A program made the translations under genes and the position numbers. A stretch of 64,000 nt of DNA, from positions 621-64,620 of the forward strand of contig SVAH01000005.1 in the NCBI GenBank assembly GCA_015059485.1, in the 5' to 3' direction. Below, in pieces: positions 57,322 through 64,000 of this stretch. Numbering within the stretch: position 1 is the stretch's first letter; every line of letters begins with the position of its first letter. The notes under the pieces were generated by a model. That model saw nothing but the letters and a program-made list of their open reading frames with translations. It ran no database searches and was not told the origin of the DNA. This stretch comes from Bacillota bacterium. GTDB taxonomy: Bacteria; Bacillota_I; Bacilli_A; RF39; UBA660.

Positions 57322-58167
57322 ATGCAAGGTGCTTTAGAAAATGTTAAAAGAATTTTATCTAATAAAAATACTTTAACTATTGTTGCAACAATTGCAGGCG
57401 TTTTAGTTTTATATATTGGTTATAATATGCGCGTTAAACAAGCAATTGAACCTGTAACTATTCCATACGCTAGAGAAGAATTATCATCTAGAGAGCAGAT
57501 AAAAGAAGAATTAATCGGGTATATGGAAGTGTCAAGTAGTGTTTTAAAAATATCTAATAAAGGAATAATATCCAATAGTAGTGATGTTATAGATCAATTT
57601 GTATCATATGGTGTTACAATTCCAGAAAATAGTTTTTTCTATTATAGTACTGTAATGTCTAAGAATAGAATGCCAAGTACAACTTTTACTGATGAAGAAG
57701 TAAAAGATGGTTATACAGTTTATAGTTTAAATGTAGATTTACATAAAACTTATGGTAATTCTATTTGTACTGGAAATTATATTGATTTATATTTAAAAGC
57801 AGTGGATGAAACAGGTAAAGTAATTTTTGGAAGATTTATTGAAAGTATAAAAGTATTAGATGTAAGGGATGATCAAGGTAATAGAGTATTTGAATCAACA
57901 GCTGAAACAAGAACACCATCACAATTACTATTTGCAGTCCCTGATGAACTATATTTACTTTTGATGAAATCAGAATATGTTGGTGGAATAGAAGTAATTC
58001 CAGTTCCAAGAAATGCTTCTTATTCTGATAAAAAAGATGATGAATCTACAAAAGTTTCATCACAATACATAAAAGATTATGTCCTTTCAAAAACTGCAAC
58101 TATACCGGATGAAGTTATAAAAGGAAATAAAAGTACAAATGATGTAATAAATAGTAATAATGATTAA
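57322..58167 (+). CDS. CpaB/RcpC-like SAF-domain pilus assembly protein 2
   Basis: co-linear paralog of 56497..57306. Confidence 0.8.
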   Translation: MQGALENVKRILSNKNTLTIVATIAGVLVLYIGYNMRVKQAIEPVTIPYAREELSSREQIKEELIGYMEVSSSVLKISNKGIISNSSDVIDQFVSYGVTIPENSFFYYSTVMSKNRMPSTTFTDEEVKDGYTVYSLNVDLHKTYGNSICTGNYIDLYLKAVDETGKVIFGRFIESIKVLDVRDDQGNRVFESTAETRTPSQLLFAVPDELYLLLMKSEYVGGIEVIPVPRNASYSDKKDDESTKVSSQYIKDYVLSKTATIPDEVIKGNKSTNDVINSNND

Positions 58168-58200
58168 AAAGAATAAAGAATAAAATGGGAGGTGTAAATT

Positions 58201-59604
58201 ATGAATGATGCTATATTTTCACAATTAGATTTTGGACCTATTAATGAATTTCTAATGGATGATAATGTAACAGATATCTCATATAGTAATAATGGTCAAG
58301 TGTATTTAAAAACATTAACTAAAGGTGTATATAGAGTAGATAGACCAGATATTAATAATGCATTAATGGAAAAATTAGCGTTTCAATGTTCAAATGTAAT
58401 GGGAAAAACGTTTAATATGGCTCATCCAATGTTAGATGCTGAGAGTACAGAGTTGCGTCTTAACTTTGTTCATGAATCAATAGCTACAAATGGAATAGCA
58501 GTATTAATTCGTAAAACACCTGCCAAAATTAGATTAAACAAAGAAAAGTTAATAAATGAAGATTATATAACAGAAGATGTATTAGATTTTTTGATAGATT
58601 GTGTACATGCTCGTTGCAATATTATAGTAAGTGGTGAAACTGGTTCAGGAAAAACAGAGCTTGTTAAGTACTTAGCTAGTAACACTAGAGAAGATGAAAA
58701 AATAATATCAATAGAGGATACTTTGGAACTTCATTTAGATAGAATATATCCAAATCGTGATATTGTTGCTATGAAAACAAACAATATTGCATCATATACT
58801 GATGTTTTGGTTACATGTATGAGACAGAATCCAATATGGATATTACTTGCCGAAGTTCGTAGTGCAGAAGCTGTTATGGCTATACGTAACTCAATATCAT
58901 CTGGACACCATATTATGTCAACAATACATGCTGATAAAGCATCAAGTATTCCAATGCGTATGTACTCATTACTAGAATCTAGTCAGGATACAGATCAATT
59001 TTTATCATCAATTCATAGATATGTACAATTAGGTATATATGTTAAAGGCTATATGAGTAAAAAATATAATAGATTTCAACGTGAAATTTTGGAAGTTTGT
59101 GAATTTTATGTTGATGATGATAACAATCCAAAAACAAATATAATTTATAAAAAAAGTTTAGATGGAACCATAACATTTAATAATCCAACACAACATTTAA
59201 GAGATTATTGTAGTATTGGTGGAGTAGAGTTATCTGAAGATCCATTCCATCAAGAAAAGCCAAAAACAGGACCTGTTAGTAAAGTAAATCCTCTTGCTGA
59301 TAATACAAATGTAACACCAATGCAAACTTCTACTCAAAATGTAGGGGTATCTCCTACTCCAGTACAAGCAACATCACAAAGACAAGTATTTAATCCACAG
59401 CAAGCAGTCAATAATCAACAAGTAGTTAGAACAGTTCAAGCAACTCCAACGCAAAACGTATCTCAATTAAACACTAATCCACAAATAAATGTTAGTTCTC
59501 CACAAGTCAGACCTACCGTTCAAGCACAGCCTGTGAATAATCCACAAGTAAGTACTAATAATATAGCAAATATTAATAGTATTCAGATTGATTCGATAGG
59601 ATAA
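58201..59604 (+). CDS. CpaF/TadA-family pilus assembly ATPase with a low-complexity C-terminal tail
   Basis: SGETGSGKT, IEDTLEL, RQNP…AEVRS and STIHA. Confidence 0.93.
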   Translation: MNDAIFSQLDFGPINEFLMDDNVTDISYSNNGQVYLKTLTKGVYRVDRPDINNALMEKLAFQCSNVMGKTFNMAHPMLDAESTELRLNFVHESIATNGIAVLIRKTPAKIRLNKEKLINEDYITEDVLDFLIDCVHARCNIIVSGETGSGKTELVKYLASNTREDEKIISIEDTLELHLDRIYPNRDIVAMKTNNIASYTDVLVTCMRQNPIWILLAEVRSAEAVMAIRNSISSGHHIMSTIHADKASSIPMRMYSLLESSQDTDQFLSSIHRYVQLGIYVKGYMSKKYNRFQREILEVCEFYVDDDNNPKTNIIYKKSLDGTITFNNPTQHLRDYCSIGGVELSEDPFHQEKPKTGPVSKVNPLADNTNVTPMQTSTQNVGVSPTPVQATSQRQVFNPQQAVNNQQVVRTVQATPTQNVSQLNTNPQINVSSPQVRPTVQAQPVNNPQVSTNNIANINSIQIDSIG

Positions 59605-59620
59605 AGAAAAGAGGGATATA

Positions 59621-60514
59621 ATGGAACTTATATTATTATTAATAATAGCAATATATGTTATGTCTTATAGGATGAATAATGGAGAAAACGTTTATAAATT
59701 TTTTGTATCATCTGTTAGTGATGCTTATGATAAATATGCACCATATTCTTTTAGAGAAGTTAGACAGAAAACAAAAGAATTAGGCAGAGAGTATACTGTT
59801 AAACAATATGCTCTTCAGGTATTATTGATAGGCGGATTTGCTGGAATAGTTTCTTATGCTTATTTTTATAGTATTATATGGACAATAGTATATGTAACAG
59901 CTGCAATTGCATTTATTCCATATTTAGCATATTTAAGATGTCAAAAAGTATACAGTGAATATATATTTGAACAAATTCAAATATACACTACAAACGTTAT
60001 AATGGAATTTAATACAACACAAAGTTTTGTAAAGTCACTAGAAGGTGTTAGAGATTCTGGAATACTTCTTGATCCAGTATTATCTGATGTTAGAACAATG
60101 ATAGATATGTCATATCAAAATGGTACAATAGATGAATCTATAGAGTATTTTAATGCTAAATATCCATTTTATATGGTAAAAAACATGAATCAATTATTCT
60201 TACAGATAACAAAAGAAGGTGCAAAAGATTCAGGTGAAGCTTTAGAAAATATGGCAATGGATATAGATGCACTTGTTGAAGGTGTATATAGAGATCAAAT
60301 GGATAGAGTGGAGTTTCATAGAAAATTCTTGATGTTTGGAGGTGTACTATTTTTCTTAGTTGTCGTTATGCAATTTTTACTTGGGAAAGATAGTTATATT
60401 GAATTATTAGATATGTGGTATGTTCAATTTATACTACATGCAATAATAATTATTAATTGCTTTTTCTTAATTAGTGGTGAAAAATTCTATAATGAAGATG
60501 TAGGAGTTGAATAA
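59621..60514 (+). CDS. TadB-like inner-membrane platform protein
   Basis: multi-TM protein directly after the ATPase, with T2SSF-like cytoplasmic region. Confidence 0.75.
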   Translation: MELILLLIIAIYVMSYRMNNGENVYKFFVSSVSDAYDKYAPYSFREVRQKTKELGREYTVKQYALQVLLIGGFAGIVSYAYFYSIIWTIVYVTAAIAFIPYLAYLRCQKVYSEYIFEQIQIYTTNVIMEFNTTQSFVKSLEGVRDSGILLDPVLSDVRTMIDMSYQNGTIDESIEYFNAKYPFYMVKNMNQLFLQITKEGAKDSGEALENMAMDIDALVEGVYRDQMDRVEFHRKFLMFGGVLFFLVVVMQFLLGKDSYIELLDMWYVQFILHAIIIINCFFLISGEKFYNEDVGVE

Positions 60515-60516
60515 TT

Positions 60517-61305
60517 ATGCAAATAGAGATAGTAATAATAGGAGCTATAAGTTTATTTGTTATGAATTATACAGGTAGAATTAATACTAATAAATTTTTA
60601 GCAGATAATTCTGATTATTTTAGAAAATTAAAAGAAGAAGATTGGGATTTCTTGGTAAAAGCAAAATATGGTGAAGGTGTTAACCCTGATATAGTATTTA
60701 CTAAAAGAATAAAAAATGCAGGATTAATATTTATTTTATTATTATTCTTATTTATTTCAAACTTTAATTATGCAACATTTTTAGTATCTGTTGTTGCTGC
60801 ATTTTTTGTATATAAAATGGGATATTTTAGTATTAAAAAATATTATAAACAGCATTTAAATGAAATAGATTCAATGTTACCTCATTATTTAAAAAGTTTA
60901 GAAATATTAATCCAGCATTACACAGTACCAGTTGCAATAGGAAAATCTATTTCTGATGCTCCTCCTATATTTAGAGAAGGACTTCAAGAAATGATTAATG
61001 AAATAAATGCTGGTAATGATAAAATAGAACCATATATGAATTTTGCAAGAGAATATCCGGTTAGAGATTCAATGAGAATGATGAGGCTATTATATCGTTT
61101 AAGTTTAGGAAAACAAGAACATAAACAAGAACAATTACTTGCTTTTTCAAAAACAATCTCTAATTTACAACAGAAGGCTCGTGAAACAAGATATAAAAAT
61201 AGACTTGATAAAATGGAGAGTAAAACAATGCAAATGTTAATTACAACTGGTTTAGGAGTTATGATATTACTTGTATTCTCAGTTGTTAAGATGATGAATT
61301 TATAG
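60517..61305 (+). CDS. TadC-like inner-membrane platform protein
   Basis: EIDSMLPHYLKSLEILI…VPVAI T2SSF-like segment and C-terminal TM. Confidence 0.75.
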   Translation: MQIEIVIIGAISLFVMNYTGRINTNKFLADNSDYFRKLKEEDWDFLVKAKYGEGVNPDIVFTKRIKNAGLIFILLLFLFISNFNYATFLVSVVAAFFVYKMGYFSIKKYYKQHLNEIDSMLPHYLKSLEILIQHYTVPVAIGKSISDAPPIFREGLQEMINEINAGNDKIEPYMNFAREYPVRDSMRMMRLLYRLSLGKQEHKQEQLLAFSKTISNLQQKARETRYKNRLDKMESKTMQMLITTGLGVMILLVFSVVKMMNL

Positions 61306-61374
61306 ACAATTTATATGATTTTTGTTAAAATTTAATCGAGATTATCTCGATTATTTTTATGATAAGGAGTTTTT

Positions 61375-62886
61375 ATGAAAAAAATATTAGAAAAATATAG
61401 GAATTATCATCCCTCAAAATGGGAAGCTTTAAGTTTTTTATTAATACCAATTTTTTTAGGATTACTTACATCAACTGGAACAGATGGAGATATTTGGTTT
61501 TTAATGAATGTTGGAAAATATATTACTAACAATGGCTTCTTTCATATAGATCCATTCACAATTCATAATGGATTATATGTTGTAGTACAGCAATGGTTTA
61601 TTGATGTATTATTTTATAAACTACACAATTTATTTGGAATGATTGGAATATATTTAATAACTAACCTTGTCAATACATATTTTGTATATATTAATTATAA
61701 GTTAAATATGTTAATTTCAAATAATAAAAGAAATTTATCAGTATTAATAACAGTTATAACTACAAGTATAGTTTCTTTAACTTTTGTAATACCAAGACCA
61801 CAAGTATTTTCAATGTCAATATTAGTAACAGAATTATTCTTTTTAGAAAAATATTTTAAAACAAATAATTCAAAGTATTTAATAAGCTTACCAATATTAT
61901 CAATTATAATGATAAATATTCATGCATCAATGTGGTTATTACTTTTATGTTTTTGGTTTCCGTTTTTTCTAAATACATTTAATTACAAATTTGGTAAAAT
62001 TTTTTCAAAAAAAAGAAACAGAAAAGAATTAATTATATATGCTTTTTTAATGTTAATATGTGGAATAATTAATCCATATGGAATAAAAGCAATGTCTTAT
62101 ATACTAACTTCATACACATCTCCATTATTATTTAAAGTAGTATCAGAAATGCAAATACCTGATATACATATTGTATATGGAACTATAATTTTTATAATAG
62201 TTTTTAGTATATATTTAATATATATAATTTTCAACAAAAAGGATATAGAATCAAGGCACTTTTTCTTACTTATTGGTACAACTTACTTGGCAATTTCATC
62301 TAATAGATCAATTTTATTTTTAGTAATATCTTCAATTTATCCATTATCCATGTACTTAAATGATAATTTTTATTATGTTAAAGAAAATAAATATAACAAT
62401 AAGCATTTATTTTTTATAATAATGATATTATTTATAATTATACCAATCATAGTAGTTTTAAAATGTAATCTTATTTGCTATAGACAGCCAATGAAAGAAG
62501 GAATTGATTATATTAATAAAAATAAGGAAAATAGTAATGTTAAAATTTATTGTCCATACGGCGAATGTAGTTATGCTGAATGGGTAGGCTTAAAACCATA
62601 TATTGATTCAAGAGCGGAAGTATTCTTAAAATCAAATAATAAAAAATCAGATATTTTAGAAGAATATTATGATTTATTAAATGGAAAAATTTATTACAAA
62701 GATTTTTTAGATAAATATGATTTTGATTATTTACTTGTTATGGAAAGGGATCCAATGTATCAAAATATATTACATGATAGTGATTATGAAATAGTTTATA
62801 GTGATATTTCATTAACTGAAAATCATAAAAAAGGATTTGGAAAATCTGAAATATATAATTATTATGTTTTTAAGGCAATTAGATAG
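61375..62886 (+). CDS. polytopic membrane protein, GT-C-fold glycosyltransferase-like
   Basis: DGDIWFL…G…DPF acidic first loop, QQW, RPQVFS, NIH, INPYG and IDSRAE; more than 10 TM segments. Confidence 0.6.
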   Translation: MKKILEKYRNYHPSKWEALSFLLIPIFLGLLTSTGTDGDIWFLMNVGKYITNNGFFHIDPFTIHNGLYVVVQQWFIDVLFYKLHNLFGMIGIYLITNLVNTYFVYINYKLNMLISNNKRNLSVLITVITTSIVSLTFVIPRPQVFSMSILVTELFFLEKYFKTNNSKYLISLPILSIIMINIHASMWLLLLCFWFPFFLNTFNYKFGKIFSKKRNRKELIIYAFLMLICGIINPYGIKAMSYILTSYTSPLLFKVVSEMQIPDIHIVYGTIIFIIVFSIYLIYIIFNKKDIESRHFFLLIGTTYLAISSNRSILFLVISSIYPLSMYLNDNFYYVKENKYNNKHLFFIIMILFIIIPIIVVLKCNLICYRQPMKEGIDYINKNKENSNVKIYCPYGECSYAEWVGLKPYIDSRAEVFLKSNNKKSDILEEYYDLLNGKIYYKDFLDKYDFDYLLVMERDPMYQNILHDSDYEIVYSDISLTENHKKGFGKSEIYNYYVFKAIR

Positions 62887-62993
62887 TTAATAAAATGTAA
62901 AAAAAATATATAAATAATTGATATTTATTGAAAAAAAAGTTATAATAATGTATATAAATATAAAAATAATGAGAAGAAAGAAGGAATTATAAT

Positions 62994-63206
62994 ATGAAAG
63001 AAGCAACTGGAGAATTAAATATGACAGTAGTTACTGTAGTAGCAGTAGCAGCAGTAGGTGCATTCTTCTATGCATTTGTTTGGCCAAATATCAAAAATAG
63101 CATAGTAAATAGTGTTGAGAGTAATTCTAATGAATGCATTAAGGAATGTCAGGCAAATGATAGAACAGGAAAAGTAGATTGTACTGCTCAATGCGCTGGA
63201 AAATAG
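62994..63206 (+). CDS. Flp-like pilin 1 (4 Cys)
   Basis: 70 aa; MKEATGELNMT plus hydrophobic helix; located after tadBC. Confidence 0.75.
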   Translation: MKEATGELNMTVVTVVAVAAVGAFFYAFVWPNIKNSIVNSVESNSNECIKECQANDRTGKVDCTAQCAGK

Positions 63207-63239
63207 TAATATTTTAAATTTAGATTAGAGGTAATATTA

Positions 63240-63485
63240 ATGAAAGAGGCGACTGGTGAATTAAATATGACTGTAGTAATCGTAATAGCAGTTGGAGTAC
63301 TAACTGCCTTTTTCTATACCATTTTATGGCCTATGATAAAATCAAATTTTGACCATAATGCTAGTTGTGCAAAAGCAGTATGTAAATGTGATAGTACTTG
63401 TGAAAAAACAGGAATAGCAAAATGTACTTATAAAGATAAAAAAACAGGTAAAAAAACTGAAACTGAATGTCCTTGGAAAGGATAA
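63240..63485 (+). CDS. Flp-like pilin 2 (6 Cys)
   Basis: 81 aa; identical first 13 residues to pilin 1. Confidence 0.75.
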   Translation: MKEATGELNMTVVIVIAVGVLTAFFYTILWPMIKSNFDHNASCAKAVCKCDSTCEKTGIAKCTYKDKKTGKKTETECPWKG

Positions 63486-63500
63486 ATAGAGGTGATTTAG

Positions 63501-64000
63501 ATGCGAGAAGCAATAGGAGGAACATGGTTATTTAATATTGTTATATTCTTTATATTGTTATTTGCAGGTTATATGTGTTTATCTATTAACTATTCTAAAG
63601 CTTTTAATGTTAAAGACAAAATTATCAATGAAATAGAACGTAATGGTGGTGTAAAAAACAAAAATGATGGAACTGATAAGGGAATATCTAAAAAGGATTT
63701 TGCTATTAAAAGTATTTCTGATTATATGAAAGAGGTAGGATATAGGTCTTCTGGACCATGTGACAAAACAATTTATAAAGCTGATGATAAAAAAAGTTTT
63801 GGCTGTGATAGAGATGGTGTATGTTCTGCAGTTAATCCAAATAAAAAATATGCATATTGTTTAAGAGAAGTAACATATGATGAAGCATATAAATATTATG
63901 ATAATGATTTTATATATGCAAGTTATTATCAAGTTGAAGTGTTTTATCAATTAGATTTACCAGTTATTCGTTCATTTTTTGATTTAAACATAAAAGGTGA
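63501..64000 (+). CDS. TadE-like/minor pilin, truncated by the window edge (MREAIGGTWLFNIVIFFILLFAGYMCLSINY…)
   Basis: GAGGTG SD and ATG at 63501; frame open to the end; not in the supplied ORF track. Confidence 0.75.
   Translation, partial: MREAIGGTWLFNIVIFFILLFAGYMCLSINYSKAFNVKDKIINEIERNGGVKNKNDGTDKGISKKDFAIKSISDYMKEVGYRSSGPCDKTIYKADDKKSFGCDRDGVCSAVNPNKKYAYCLREVTYDEAYKYYDNDFIYASYYQVEVFYQLDLPVIRSFFDLNIKG

Noticed and set aside
1-64000. CRISPR array, rRNA, IS element or integrase
   Set aside because: No regularly spaced repeat-spacer series, rRNA-like segment, DDE or tyrosine/serine recombinase motif was seen.
1-64000. Mollicute genetic code 4 (TGA = Trp) or selenocysteine recoding
   Set aside because: Conserved Trp positions use TGG, TGA ends genes (e.g. 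41495), and the Gpx active site is TGT Cys.

Overview
Very AT-rich chromosomal window from a low-GC Firmicute using genetic code 11 (TGA is a stop, Trp is TGG). Gene style suggests an uncultured gut Bacilli lineage such as RF39, but this is inference only. Housekeeping content: a gpx-ohrR-trxB-SDR redox operon, clpB under a CIRCE element, tRNA-Gly(GCC), ltaS, rpsL-rpsG-fusA-tuf, asnB, lgt, tex, a P-type ATPase, trmB, an RsmB/F methyltransferase and helD. Accessory highlights: (1) Two ~330-bp direct repeats flank a Fic gene. Each repeat has the full anatomy of a type I toxin-antitoxin module, with an unannotated 26-aa hydrophobic peptide, a sequestered SD, 5'-3' long-range pairing and a convergent antisense RNA with its own promoter and terminator. 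(2) A G10 tract sits in the -35/-10 spacer of a secreted-protein promoter, a phase-variation signature. (3) A Tad/Flp-like pilus locus has cysteine-rich pilins lacking the canonical prepilin cleavage motif, duplicated cpaB, an embedded GT-C-like gene, a 905-aa Cys-rich protein, and a divergent thioredoxin and CPBP protease. (4) Tandem island remnants lie downstream of tRNA-Gly, one carrying CYTH, nucleoside-phosphorylase-fold and DUF2797-like genes. (5) EF-G has altered G4 and G5 motifs, and S12 has Ile at the conserved Pro of DLPG. No CRISPR array, rRNA, integrase or transposase was seen. All family calls come from motif recognition by eye, not from database searches.
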